Source: Amoebidium appalachense
Taxonomy: Eukaryota > Protista > Ichthyosporea
Direction of reading: 5' to 3'
NCBI GenBank assembly: GCA_963693365.1
Contig: CAVNZM010000015.1
Location: forward strand, 5,960,624 to 6,024,623
Length of the DNA: 64,000 nucleotides
The position numbers and the translations under genes are program-made. Every line of letters starts with the position of its first letter. Position 1 is the stretch's first letter. Positions 1 to 12,700 of the stretch are shown here, one piece after another. The notes beneath the pieces were generated by a model. That model worked only from the letters and a program-made list of their open reading frames with translations. It ran no database searches and was not told the origin of the DNA.

Positions 1-4
1 GGGG

Positions 5-1657
5 TTAGCCCAAGGGAAGGGATAGGAACTCGTGGACCCAGGAGGGGAAGGGGCAGGGCTCTGGTTGCAGGGAAGGTCGGAGTCGTCGGGCCCGGGGAAG
101 TTGGTTACGAGAAATGGCATCGGCCAGATGGTTGAGGGGTCCTGGTAGGTAGGATGCCTGTAACGTAAATTGGTATTGCATTTCCATGCGGGTGATGAAC
201 CGAATAAGTTTGGCCATCACGGGGTGGGGGGAAGACCGGGAGTGCAGGTCGGACACAGCACCCGTGTTGTCGCATAAAATACGGACATGGTGGGTGGACC
301 AGGAGGGGGCCCAGAGGGCCACGGCGGCTGCGATGGCCAGGAGTTCGATGACGGAAGAACCGAGTTTACCCTCATGAGCATAGAGGGCTTGGGTGGAGGG
401 GGACCAGGGCATGAAGAACCATTGGTCGAGCCAGTGGCCACCTAGACCCACCGATCCGGCAGCATCAGTGGCCAGGGTGGTGTATGTGGGGGGTGTGATG
501 AGGTGCACCCCATTCCATGATGTGAGGAACTGGTGCCATTCGGCTATGTCGGCCCGGGCGGCAGCAGTCAGTCGTATGTGGTGGTGGCCGGCAAGGTGTG
601 GGTGGGTCCGGAGAAGGGCCCATAGGCGCTGGGAGAAGGCCCTCCCGGGGGGAACCAGCTGGGCACACCAGGTGAGTTTGCCGAGGAGGGACTGGAGGTC
701 CCGAATGGTGATGGTGGGCTTTGGGTGGGAAGTGAGGTCGAGTAGGTCCGAGAGCTTGGAAGCCGGGATTCGTGCCTCCATGGCGATGGAGTCGAATTCG
801 ATACCGATGAAGACGACACGGGTAGCCGGGCCCTGCATCTTGTCTTCGGAGATGGCAATGTGCAGCTCTCGGCAGAGTTGCAGGAAGGTGGATAGGTGAC
901 GTTGGCACTGCTCTTGTGTGGGGGCGACTATAATCCAGTCGTCTACGTAGTGGCGGATGAGGGTAATACCGTGCTGGTGTGCCAGCCACTGTAGGGTGGC
1001 CGCGATCCGTTCCCAGATGGCTGGGCTAGATTTCAGGCCGAAGGGCAGTCTGGTTTCAACGTAAAAATGCCCTTGCCATTTGAATGCCATTAAGTGGTGG
1101 TCTTCCGGTCGGATGGGCATGTGCCGGAAGGCAGCCTGCACATCTGCCACGGCCATGTAGCAGCCGGGGCCTGCGTCGAGAATGAGTTGGGTGACATCCC
1201 GGGCGCGAATGTACTGAAGTTCGTCGGGGTAGGTGATGTTGTCATTGACACTGCCACCCCGGGGCCAGGAGAGGTGGTGGATTCGACGGTACTTGGGGGG
1301 GTTCCCTTTCTTGGTAACGGCGCCGATGGGGGAGGAACGGTGGACGGGAAATTCGTCAAAGAATTGGGCCGGGGAGAGGGGGCCGCGCAGGTGGCCGAGG
1401 GCGACTTCTTTGGCAATATCCACCGTGATAGCGGCAGCTGCCTCCGGGGTGGTGGGTAGGTTGGGGCCCACCCGAGAGGTGGAGGGGCCGCGATAGCCGA
1501 TGTCGACGCCGAATTCGACATCGTGGAGGAGTTGTGCGGCGAATGGTTGGTCCGGGTAGGAGGCCAGCAGTTCCCGGAGGCGGGAGGTGTCAATGTGGTG
1601 CTGGGGCAGCGGGCGGGCCACCGGGTCTGAGCCTCGGGGGAAGGGGGTGGTTAGCAA
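5..1657 (-). CDS. DIRS/Ngaro-type reverse transcriptase-RNase H
   Basis: RT motifs KYRRIHHLS, ADVQAAF, LPFGLKSSP and YVDD; RNase H motifs TDAAG, ELLA, CDN and LADAISR. No ATG at the N-terminus. Confidence 0.92.
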   Translation of the reverse strand: MLTTPFPRGSDPVARPLPQHHIDTSRLRELLASYPDQPFAAQLLHDVEFGVDIGYRGPSTSRVGPNLPTTPEAAAAITVDIAKEVALGHLRGPLSPAQFFDEFPVHRSSPIGAVTKKGNPPKYRRIHHLSWPRGGSVNDNITYPDELQYIRARDVTQLILDAGPGCYMAVADVQAAFRHMPIRPEDHHLMAFKWQGHFYVETRLPFGLKSSPAIWERIAATLQWLAHQHGITLIRHYVDDWIIVAPTQEQCQRHLSTFLQLCRELHIAISEDKMQGPATRVVFIGIEFDSIAMEARIPASKLSDLLDLTSHPKPTITIRDLQSLLGKLTWCAQLVPPGRAFSQRLWALLRTHPHLAGHHHIRLTAAARADIAEWHQFLTSWNGVHLITPPTYTTLATDAAGSVGLGGHWLDQWFFMPWSPSTQALYAHEGKLGSSVIELLAIAAAVALWAPSWSTHHVRILCDNTGAVSDLHSRSSPHPVMAKLIRFITRMEMQYQFTLQASYLPGPLNHLADAISRNQLPRARRLRPSLQPEPCPFPSWVHEFLSLPLG

Positions 1658-1688
1658 GGGTGGTGTACCCTTGGGGAGATCCCGGCAG

Positions 1689-1738
<50 letters not shown>

Positions 1739-2136
1739 CAGGGCCCCGGGGGGTTAGAGTAGGGCAGCTGGGCCCAAGTGAGGGTTGGCAGGGAGGGGAG
1801 CGGGGCCCTGTGCAGGGGAATGTGCCCGAGCACGCGGGGGTGTGGGCGGACACAGCGGTAGAAGAAGGGGGGGGGGGAGGGAGTGCTAGGTGAGTGTAAG
1901 GGGGGGGGGGGGGAGGCTCGTGGGATGGGGGGGGGGAGTAAGATTATGTGCAGTGGCCAGAATAAAAGTCTTTGTGTAGGGACATTTATTCGTGACGCGC
2001 GCGGGCGCCGTAGTTGGCCTGCGAAATTTTGTACTCAGCCCTATTGGCCCGTTCTCCCGAGCTCCGTTTCCCTGTACTCGTGTGTCCTAGCTCCTAACCC
2101 CTATGTTCTAGCTGTGTGTGTGGGTGTGCGCGTAGA

Positions 2137-3307
2137 CTAGGCATTGTGCTTGCAGTCTTTGCGGGGGTGTGTGCCAGAGCAGAGCGGGCACACGTGGGAG
2201 AAGGGGCAGGGCTGCTTAGCGCAGGACCGACCGTTAATGTGGAAATTCCTGCAGTGCGTCGCGGGTAGATCCACGGGTCGGGCCGGTTTTGCCGGGCCGG
2301 GTTGCGGGCCAGGGCGGTTCGGGGTGTGACCCCCGCCGGGCTTGTGGGGCGGCTTAAAGCCGTCAAGACCACAGCCGGGCTTGGGGTACATGGGGCAGGC
2401 CGCGCTGGGGTGGTCGGGGGAAGCCACAGCGCTGACATGCGTCCGGGATGAGCAGAGTGGGTGGCAGGAGGAGATCCTGGTGGAGTTGGGCGAGCAGGTT
2501 GGGGCACTCGATCGGAGCCCGACCCTGCTGGTGGGCAACGGTGCGGGCGTATACGTCATAGTTGTGGATCTGGGCCCACGGGTATCGGGTGCTGAGGCGA
2601 GTGATGTGCTGAGTCCAAAGTACGTCTTTGTCCGTGGGAAGGCCGAGGTGGTGCTTGGCGGCCATGTAATGGGTCCAAGCTTGGATCCAAATGACGAGTG
2701 AACACAGGGGAACGGGTTTGTCTTGGCGAAAAGTCTCGATGCTGCCGTCGTCGGCCATGCGCAGATGCTGACCTTTCTTGGATGGGGCCAGGAGGGCGGC
2801 GGGGGTGAACTTATACAGATCGACGAAACGATTGGCGCGCAAATCTGCCAGCACATCCGCGGGCGGAAGCGGGAGTGTGCCCGGCTGAATGTCGCCAGTG
2901 TTCTCACCTGTGATGGGGGGCGCGGGCAGGGCAGGTAGGTCTAGGTCAGGGCCGAGATGCAGCCCCGGGGAAACCTCCCCGGGTGTGGAGGGCGCGGCGG
3001 GGGGCGCGGGAGGGTCGCGGTTGGTGAGAGCAGCCAGGACGCCAGCCATCTGGGTGCTGATGGCGGTGAGGGCGGCCAGGACGGCGTCTTGAGAAGTCAT
3101 CTGCGGGGACGGCGGGGCCTGAGGGGGGACTTCAGGAGTGGAGGGGAGAGTAGCCGGCGGGTCCGGGTCCGTGGTGGTATGGGCCGCTGGAGGCGCGTCA
3201 GTGTGCGCGGGAGCGTTGGTCAGCCTGTGGCGGAGGTCGCTGCGGGTCAGGCGCTTAGGTGCCGCGGCAGGGGCGGCGGCTGAGGCCTGGCGCTTTTTCG
3301 GCGGCAT
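2137..3307 (-). pseudogene. Ngaro gag-like ORF with one frameshift near 2415 (G-run, possibly a sequencing error)
   Basis: Same protein as intact ORF 27576-28745, split between ORFs 2363-3379 and 2137-2907. Confidence 0.85.
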
Positions 3308-3338
3308 GCTGACCGGCGTAGGGAAAGATAGGGAGAAT

Positions 3339-3687
3339 GAAAAGGAATATATAGCTGTAAGGCTGTGGATGCTAAACACAGAAGATGTGTTTGTAGCTTG
3401 CTGATCTGCTAAAAACTGTCGTGCTTATATACCTAAGCCTACCGATCTGAGCCAATCAAAAATCGATCTAGTGATATGTGAAATCTGATCCGAGCCAATC
3501 ATAACTCGGTCTAGTGATCTGTGGTATCTGATGTTTTGACTGGCTAATAGGTGCCCGTGTGCGGGCAGCCAACCGCTAACTGCTAAAACACGAAATGAAG
3601 CCTACATGGTTATGTTGGTATCGAACACCCATCCTACGTGTTTACCCAGAAAAAATATTTATGTCAATAATTTCCACAAATAAAACC
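3339..3687 (-). promoter_or_regulatory. Ngaro A repeat (~350 bp) with two CCAAT boxes in a short internal duplication and a TATA box
   Basis: On the element strand gattggct occurs twice, then ggtatataagc ~130 bp before the gag ATG. Repeated at 4343-4690, 5066-5395, 8415-8752, 23901-24248 and 28787-29134. Confidence 0.75.
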
Positions 3688-4342
3688 AAAGTAGGGGGGG
3701 GGAGTGTTACTTGTGTGGTGTGCGATGCCACTATCAACCGAAGTATAAAGTGACCATACGGAACACGTATGGATGTCGACATGTGAACATTGGAATACAT
3801 TGACAATGATCATGGGGCTGTGCTTACCGTACCGTGTGATATTGCAATATATTGAGATGTGATGAGGACAAAAAGATTAATACATTGGCAATGTTCGTCG
3901 ACGAGACACTCCATATGCCTTCATTTATAGCGCACTTATACTGTACTTTGCATGCATTCGTTCCCATATATTATTGGATTTGAAATAGTTGATATTTATA
4001 ATATATATGTAATATAACACTTATATCTTTATGGTGGTGGTATCATTCGTATGTTGAATATATAATGGAACATACTTACATATTCCTTATTTTAATGTGT
4101 TGATGTATTAATCATACCTCTGTTTATGTCATCAATATACTCACGTATATAGCAACCTATCGGCGATACCGCATTATATATGAATAGTTGATCATATGTT
4201 GATAATGTTATGTGATAATCTTTGATGAAAATATTGGAACTAATAATGCGAAGTGACAAATGCGAAAATACAGAATCCATCATCTTTGTTATTTGTGATG
4301 ATCGCCCGGAATGAATTGGAAACGTCAAATGCAGCGAAAGTA

Positions 4343-4818
4343 AGGTTTTATTTGTGGAAATTATTACATAAATATTTTTCTGGGTAAACACGTAGGATGG
4401 GTGTTCGATACCAACACAACCATGTAGGCTTCATTTCGTGTTTTAGCAGTTAGCGGTTGGCTGCCCGCACACGGGCACCTATTAGCCAGTCAAAACATCA
4501 GATACCACAGATCACTAGACCGAGTTATGATTGGCTCGGATCAGATTTCACATATCACTAGATCGATTTTTGATTGGCTCAGATCGGTAGGCTTAGGTAT
4601 ATAAGCACGACAGTTTTTAGCAGATCAGCAAGCTACAAACACATCTTCTGTGTTTAGCATCCACAGCCTTACAGCTATATATTCCTTTTCACATGGACCT
4701 CACGGATCAATAAATTGATGACTGGGGCTTGCCGTGGTTTACAACCATTGCAGGTTCACTTTCGTCCAAGGGGATGTCCCCCTAGAGGCAACACACGTCC
4801 CGCAGTAGTTTTCATAGA
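4343..4818 (+). mobile_element. Solo A-B relic of the Ngaro element
   Basis: Full A repeat, shortened spacer, then B repeat ending gtagttttcataga. No ORFs. Confidence 0.85.
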
Positions 4819-5425
4819 AACATTACTCTTATGCAAACAAAAAATACCAAAAAGAATCATGACAAAAAAAGAAGAAAAAAGAAGAAAAAAGAAAAAGAAA
4901 ACTACCACACAAGCACAACAGGCTGGGCTGGGGCGACACAGAAACGAAAAACGGAAACAACAGCAGCCATAGGACAAAGAGCCGGTACCCACCTCTAGAG
5001 TGGCAAAAAAAGAGTCGACAGAACGAACCTCAAACATAGTAAGGACGGAAACCCGGACCAGAACTAGGTTTTATTTTAAAATTACATAAATATTTTTTGG
5101 TAAACACGTAGGATGGGTGTCCGATATCAACAGACTTCGTTTCATGTTTTAGCAGTTCGCGTTCGGCTGCCCGCATACGGGCACCTATTAGCCGATCAAA
5201 ACATCAGATTCCACAGATCACTAGACCGAGTTTGATTGGCTCAGGATCAGATTTCACATAACACTAGATCGATTTTGATTGGCTCAGATCGGTAGCCTTA
5301 GGTATATAAGCACGACAGTTTTTAGCAGATCAGCAAGCAACAAACACATCTTCTGTGTTTAGCACCTACAGCTTTACAGCTATATTTTTCTTTTCTTCTC
5401 CCTATCTTTCCCTACGCCGGTCAGC

Positions 5426-6597
5426 ATGCCGCCGAAAAAGCGCCAGGCCTCAGCCGCCGCCCCTGCCGCGGCACCTAAGCGCCTGACCCTCAGCGACCTC
5501 CGCCACAGGCTGACCAACGCTCCCGCGGGCACTGACGCGCCTCCAGCGGTCCATACCACCACGGACCCGGACCCGCCGGCTACTCTCCCCCTCCCCCTCC
5601 TGAAGTCCCCCCCTCAGGCCCCGCCGTCCCCGCAGATGACTTCTCAAGACGCCGTCCTGGCCGCCCTCACCGCCATCAGCACCCAGATGGCTGGCGTCCT
5701 GGCTGCTCTCACCAACCGCGACCCTCCCGCGCCCCCCGCCGCGCCCTCCACACCCGGGGAGGTTTCCCCGGGGCTGCATCTCGGCCCTGACCTAGACCTA
5801 CCTGCCCTGCCCGCGCCCCCCATCACAGGTGAGAACACTGGCGACATTCAGCCGGGCACACTCCCCGCTTCCCCCCGCGGATGTGCTGGCAGATTTGCGC
5901 GCCAATCGTTTCGTCGACCTGTATAAGTTCACCCCCCGCCGCCCTCCTGGCCCCATCCAAGAAAGGTCAGCATCTGCGCATGGCCGACGACGGCAGCATC
6001 GAGACTTTTCGCCAAGACAAACCTGTTCCCCTGCGTTCACTCGTCATTTGGATCCAAGCTTGGACCCATTACATGGCCGCCAAGCACCACCTCGGCCTCC
6101 CCACGGACAAAGAAGTACTTTGGACTCAGCACATCACTCGCCTCAGCACCCGATACCCGTGGGCCCAGATCCACAACTATGACGTATACGCCCGAACCGT
6201 TGCCCACCAGCAGGGTCGGGCTCCGATCGAGTGTCCCAACCTGCTCGCCCAACTCCACCAGGATCTCCTCCTGCCACCCACTCTGCTCATACCGGACGCA
6301 TGTCAGCGCTGCGGCTTCCCCGACCACCCCAGCGCGGCCTGCCCCATGTACCCCAAGCCCGGCTGTGGTCTTGATGGTTTCGAGCCGCCCCACAAGCCCG
6401 GCGGGGGACAAACCCCCAACCGACCCGGCCCGCAACCCGGCCCGGCACCACCGACCCGACCCGTGGATCTACCCGCGACACACTGCAGGAATTTCCACAA
6501 CGGTCGGTCCTGCGCTAAGCAGCCCTGCCCCTTCTCCCACGTGTGCCCGCTCTGCTCTGGCACACACCCCCGCAAAGACTGTAAGCACAATGCCTAG
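5426..6597 (+). pseudogene. Ngaro gag-like ORF with frameshifts near 5865-5935
   Basis: ORFs 5426-5926 and 5881-6597 together match 27576-28745; zinc-finger motifs retained. Confidence 0.85.
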
Positions 6598-6989
6598 TCT
6601 ACGCGCACACCCACACCCACAGATAGAACATAGGGGCTAGGAGCTAGGTTACACGGGTCCAAGGACACGGAGCTCGGGAAAAACGGGGCACTAGGGCTGA
6701 GTAACAATTTTCGCAGGCCAACTACGGCGCCCGCGCGCGCCAAGAATAAATGTCCCTACACAAAGACGTTATTCTGGCCACTGCACATAATTTTACTCCC
6801 CCCCCCCCCATCCCACGAGCCTCCCCCCCTTACACTCACCTAGCACTCCCTCCCCCCCCCCCCTTCTTCTAACTCTGTGTACGCCCACACCCGCGCGTGC
6901 TCGGGCATCCCCTGCACAGGGCCCCGCTGCCCTCCCTGCAAACCCTCCCTCGGGCCCAGCTGCCCTACTCTAAACCCACCGGGGCCCTG

Positions 6990-7021
<32 letters not shown>

Positions 7022-7257
7022 GATGCCGGGATCTCCCCGAGGGTGCCCCACCCTTGCTAACCACCCCCTTCCCCCGAGGCTCAGCCCCCGGAGGCCCGCC
7101 CGCTGCCCCAACACCACGTTGACACCTCCCGCTTCCGGGAGCTGCTGGCCCCCCTACCCAGCCCAATCATTCGCCGCGCAGCTCCTCCGTAACCAACTTC
7201 CCCGGACCCGACGACTCCGACCTTACCTATCTCCCCTTCCGGAGCAACGCTGGCCGA

Positions 7258-8298
7258 TTGGCCCCCCACTTTGCTCCAGCCGAGCTGCTTCGTGCCACCA
7301 CTACCCTGCAGGAATGCCAGGCCCTGAGTCTCAACCTCGACTCTCGGGCCTTTTACTCCCGGGTGCAAAAAAAAAAAAAAGTATTCATCGATTTTTGTGT
7401 GGCATCTCGGCTGCAATCCTCCGCCGGGTCCTCCCTCCCGGCCTCCCCCCACACCGTGCAGCTTTTTCTCGCCTGGTGTGCCCAACGAGGGGTACAGGCC
7501 TCTTCCTTGGCCGGCTACAATTCGGCCATCACCAGACTCCACCTCGACATGGGCCTCCCTGCTCCCTACCCCCACGACAAGTCTCTGGCCTGGTTCCTCC
7601 GAGGGGTGGGCAGATGGCAGCTTTCTCTCAACATCCGACCCCGATCATCCACCAGGGAGCCCCTCCTGCCCTCCCACCTCAGCATACTCCATGACCAGTG
7701 CCCCAACAAGGCCTCCTCGGCCAATCTACGGCTATGGACGGCCCTCATCGTCGGTTTCTGTGGTCTCCTCCGTTCGGGGGAATTTACCTCCAAAACCCTG
7801 ACTTCCTTTGACCCGTCCCGTCACGTTAAACGGAAGGATGTGACCTTCAGCTACACCCCCACCGGTACTTTGTCCCATGCCACCCTCCACCTGCCAACCT
7901 CCAAGACGGATGTACAGGCCCGAGGTGTCAACGTCACTCTAGCTGCCCTGCCCCTCACCCACTTCTCCCCAGCCCATCTCCTCCGGCAATTCCTGGATAC
8001 AACGTCCGGTCAACCCGACGACCCCCTGTTCAGTCTCGGTGGCATTCCCTACACCAAGGGTGCTTTCTCTGCCGACTTCCGTGCCCTCCTCTCCCGGGCA
8101 GGCCTCTCACCCTCCCGGTTTGCCGGCCACAGCCTCCGCATAGGGGGGGCCACAGCACTGGCTGAGGCCGGGGTCGACGACTCCCGGATCAAACAACTCG
8201 GCAGGTGGTCCTCCGACTGTTTCCTGATTTATACCCGCCTTCGTCCGGCCTCCATTGCTGCCACTACCACACGTGTATTCGCCTCTATTCTTAAGTGA
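7258..8298 (+). CDS. Tyrosine recombinase (YR) of Ngaro copy 2
   Basis: Catalytic R-K-H-R-W-Y set: LLRSGEF, SKTD, HSLRIGGAT, GRWSSDCFLIY. Confidence 0.92.
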   Translation: MAPHFAPAELLRATTTLQECQALSLNLDSRAFYSRVQKKKKVFIDFCVASRLQSSAGSSLPASPHTVQLFLAWCAQRGVQASSLAGYNSAITRLHLDMGLPAPYPHDKSLAWFLRGVGRWQLSLNIRPRSSTREPLLPSHLSILHDQCPNKASSANLRLWTALIVGFCGLLRSGEFTSKTLTSFDPSRHVKRKDVTFSYTPTGTLSHATLHLPTSKTDVQARGVNVTLAALPLTHFSPAHLLRQFLDTTSGQPDDPLFSLGGIPYTKGAFSADFRALLSRAGLSPSRFAGHSLRIGGATALAEAGVDDSRIKQLGRWSSDCFLIYTRLRPASIAATTTRVFASILK

Positions 8299-8974
8299 AA
8301 CCTTTGGAGCAAGCATACTGCTCTCGTGCCGTGGTTTACAACCATTGCAGGTTCACTTTCGTCCAAGGGGATGTCCCCCTAGAGGCAACACACGTCCCGG
8401 AGTAGTTTTCATAGAGGTTTTATTTGTGGAAATTATTGACATAAATATTTTTCTGGGTAAACACGTAGGATGGGTGTCCGATATCAACAGACTTCGTTTC
8501 ATGTTTTAGCAGTTCGCGTTCGGCTGCCCGCATACGGGCACCTATTAGCCGATCAAAACATCAGATTCCACAGATCACTAGACCGAGTTTGATTGGCTCA
8601 GGATCAGATTTCACATAACACTAGATCGATTTTGATTGGCTCAGATCGGTAGCCTTAGGTATATAAGCACGACAGTTTTTAGCAGATCAGCAAGCAACAA
8701 ACACATCTTCTGTGTTTAGCACCTACAGCTTTACAGCTATATTTTTCTTTTTCACCCACCCACCTACACCCTACACTCAACCCCCATTGATCCCCACATA
8801 CGTGCTGTTTTTTCACGGGGCGAAGACTTCCCCCGTTTTTTGGGCACAAGGACCTCACGGATCAATAAATTGATGACTGGGGGCTTGCCGTGGTTTACAA
8901 CCATTGCAGGTTCACTTTCGTCCAAGGGGATGTCCCCCTAGAGGCAACACACGTCCCGGAGTAGTTTTCATAGA

Positions 8975-9748
8975 TAAGTCTAAAGAAGCAGAAAATAGCT
9001 TGAACGACTGGTGGATGGGGATGATAGCTATAGTGCTAACAGCAAAAGTAGTACCCACAGTCGCTGGTTCATGAACGTGAAAAGGCAACGTGCATCGGCA
9101 GCCAGCAGGCACGCGCACACGCACGCACACACATACACACACACGCACACAGACACAGACATAATCACAGGCACGGACACAGACCAGACAGACAAACGCC
9201 ACATGCACAAAAGCAGGCAACACAAACCTAACCTTCAAACGGCCTTTCAGCCGTTAGGCGAAGAAGCTGCAGCATACAGCATGGTCGAAACCATTCAGCA
9301 CGGTGGCTGCGCGACCTGCGGAGGGCAAAAAAAGAGTCGACAGAACCAACCTCAAACTTAGTAAGGACGGAAACCCGGACCAGAACTTATGAAGTCTAGA
9401 GAAGCAGAAAATAGCTTGAACGACTGGTGGAGGGGATGATAGCTATAGTGCTAACAGCAAAAGTAGTGCCCACAGTCGCTGGTTCATGAACGTGAAAAGG
9501 CAACGTGCATCTGCAGCCAGCAGGCACACGCACACGCACGCACACACATACAATCACACGCACACAGACACAGACACAGACACAGACATAATCACAGGCA
9601 CGGACACAGACCAGACAGACAAACGCCACATGCACAAAAGCAGGCAACACAAAACTAACCTTCAAACGGCCTTTCAGCCGTTAGGCGAAGAAGCTGCAGC
9701 ATGCAGCATGGTCGAAACCATTCAGCACGGTGGCTGCGCGACCTGCGG
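8975..9748 (+). repeat. Tandem duplication of a ~410-bp unit whose first copy is interrupted by Ngaro copy 2
   Basis: 5003-5065 matches 9325-9388, and 8976-9322 matches 9392-9748. Confidence 0.85.
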
Positions 9749-12700
9749 ATGGGACCTGTGACCAGGCGACCTGCGGGAAGGGAACTGCGACCAGGCGACC
9801 TGCGGGAAGGGACCTGCGACCAGCGACCTGCGGGAAAGGACCTGCTGACCTGCGGGAAGGGGGAAGAGAAATGGAGCAAACAACGTGCGTACAGGCTTAA
9901 ACGGACAAAAAATTGCAAACCGGATTGGGTTTAGCCAATCACTATTTGCTATCAGAAGCGGATTCCCATGGTGTACATAATGTGATTGGATCGATTCTCG
10001 GCGGATCGGTGAGGTTGGCGATATGGTGGACATATTTCGGACACCGTTGCCATACGTTCCGACGGAGCTTAAGTTATAACGTTAACGCTGTTTACTCGAG
10101 GCCTATCCCCGCTTTACGTAGAAAGGTCATGTGTGGGGGAAGATGTGAGCACCCAGACGTGTATGTACACCCGGGCAGGCCTGTGTACTCGTTGTTATGT
10201 TAATAGTTGGTTGATGGAGTACATCTTCAACGCGACGTATACACGCGTGCGTGCGATTCAGGAAGGGGTCCCCATATGGCTCTCGTATTATTTATATTCG
10301 TGTGATATATATATTCTATGTACTATCTATTACCAATATACGTTACGTATTGGTACAATATCACAAATAATAATTAAATATCGTCACGCGTGATGGTGAT
10401 GGCATCCATGTGCTCTGCAGCAGTGTGTGTGTGTGGTGCGTGTGTGTGTGGTGTGGAGAAGCGGCCTGGGGTGGGGGGGGGGGGGGGGGGGGGGGGGGGG
10501 GAGGGGCCCGGTGGGGGGGGGGGGGGGGGGGGATAGGCAAATACCAGACAGTGATGCATAATTGAACATTCTTTTGCAGCAACAGTTTGATGATATTTAC
10601 CCACCGTGTGCACCACACATGTGACCCCAGTCTTCCGAGGTGGTGTCACAGGTGGGCGCCAACACCAATAAATTGACTGGTGACGGGTGTACAACCAAAG
10701 AAACTCAGCAGGACATATAATAACGTTGATGCTATACCCTGCCTAGTTAACGTAATAATAAGTGCACCATCGCACGCATGACCCCCTCCCCCCCCCCCCC
10801 CCCCGGGGGGGGGGGGGGGGTGTTTTTGCCGCGCGGTACCCCTGATATTGTAGGTGTACACTGCCCCCACAACCCCAACTGTGTGCTGAATATCTCGTGC
10901 TAGGAAACCAATAACGCGAAACTAACACATGCCGCATGATATATGATATATATGGTACAAGGGGGGTTTCAATCCGGGCTACAATGATGTGTTTTTTTCG
11001 TGTGACCCTCGTACTCCAGAGGCACATTCACCATCCCCCCCATAAACTTTGTGGTAAATTTCTCGTGCTAGAAGCTGTTCTGTGGGTAGTTAATGAAAAA
11101 ACCAATAATGTCTAGGTAACACATGTACATATACTATGCTACAAGGGGGGTCTATACGAGCTACAACGTTGTGGTGTTTTCGTGTGCCCCTCATACTCCA
11201 GGGGCACATTCACCATCCCCCCCATAAACGTTGTGGTAAATTTCTCGTGCTAGAAGCTGTTCTGTGGGTAGTTATTGAAAATACCAATAATGTGTAAGTA
11301 ACACATGTACATATATTATGCTACAAGGGGGGTTCTATTCGAGCTACAACGTTGTGTTTTTTTCGTGTGACCCTCGTACTCCAGGGGCACATTCACCATC
11401 CCCCCAATAAACGTTTTGGTATATTTCTCGTGCTAGAGGCTGTTCTGTGGGTAGTTATTGAAAAACCCAAAAATGTCTAGGTAACACATGGACATATACT
11501 ATGCTAAAAGGGGGGTTCTATACGAGCTACAACGTTGTGTTTTTTTCGTGTGACCCTCGTACTCGAAGGGCACATTCCCCATCCCCCCCATAAACTGTGT
11601 GGTAAATTTCTCGTGCTAGAAGCTGTTCTGTGGGTAGTTATCGAAAAAACCAATATTGTCTAGGTAACACATGTACATATACTATGCTACAAGGGGGGTT
11701 CTATACGAGCTACAACGTTGTGTTTTTTTCGTGTGACCCTCGTACTCCAGGGGCACATTCACCATCCCCCCCATAAACGTTGTGGTAAATTTCTCGTGCG
11801 AGAGGCTGTTCTGTGGGTAGTTATTGAAAAAACCAATAATGTCTAGGTAACACATGTACATATACTATGATACAAGGGGGGTTCTAAACGAGCTACAACG
11901 TTGTGTTTTTTTCGTGTGACCCTCGTACTCCAGGGGTACATTCACCATCCCCCCCATAAACGTTGTGGTAAATGTCTCGTGCTAGAAGCTGTTCTGTGGG
12001 TAGTTATTGAAAAAACCAATAATGTGTAAGTAACACATGTACATATATTATGCTACAAGGGGGGTTCTATTCGAGCCACAACGTTGTGTTTTTTTCGTGT
12101 GACCCTCGTACTCCAGGGGCACATTCACTATCCCCCCCATAAACGTTGTGGTAAATGTCTCGTGCTAGAAGCTGTTCTGTGGGTAGTTATTGAAAAAACC
12201 ATTAATGTGTAAGTAACACATGTACATATACTATGCTACAAGGGGGGTTCTATTCGAGCTACAACCTTGTGTTTTTTTCGTGTGGCCCTCGTACTCCAGG
12301 GGCACATTCACCATCCCCCCCATAAACTTTGTGGTAAATTTCTCATGCGAGAGGCTGTTCTGTGGGTAGTTATTGAAAAAACCAAACATGCCTAGGTAAC
12401 ACATGGACATATACTATGCTACAAGGGGGGTTCTATACGAGCTACAACGTTGTGTTTTTTTCGTGTGACCCTCGTACTCCAAGGGCACATTCACCATCCC
12501 CCCTTATAATTTGTGGTGAATTTATCGTGCTAGAAGCTACTCTGTGGGTAGTTAGTGAAAAAACCCGATGCTTATAAGTAACGCATGCACAAATTGTCAT
12601 CATAGCATTATACTACCATAGTAGTTGGTCGACAATAACGATATATTGGGAACGTGGACACCATATTGTAAACCAAAAAATAACAACACCATAATATACT

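Larger units (their letters stand above)
1..3687 (-). mobile_element. Ngaro-like tyrosine-recombinase retrotransposon, copy 1 (A1 repeat, gag, RT/RNase H; YR end lies outside the window)
   Basis: Near-identical to 25451-29134. A repeat at 3339-3687, followed by gag and RT/RH ORFs. Confidence 0.93.
5066..8974 (+). mobile_element. Ngaro copy 2, RT-deleted derivative (A1-gag-deltaRT-YR-B1-A2-spacer-B2)
   Basis: A1 5066-5395, B1 ~8326-8414, A2 8415-8752, B2 ~8887-8974. About 1.4 kb of RT/RH is missing at ~7188 (FAAQLL joined to RNQLPR). Confidence 0.92.

Noticed and set aside
7258-8298. Prophage integrase or Crypton
   Set aside because: The YR is embedded with gag, RT remnants and split direct repeats.
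10935-12590. CRISPR-like array
   Set aside because: Whole units repeat with no unique spacers, there are no cas genes, and the context is eukaryotic.
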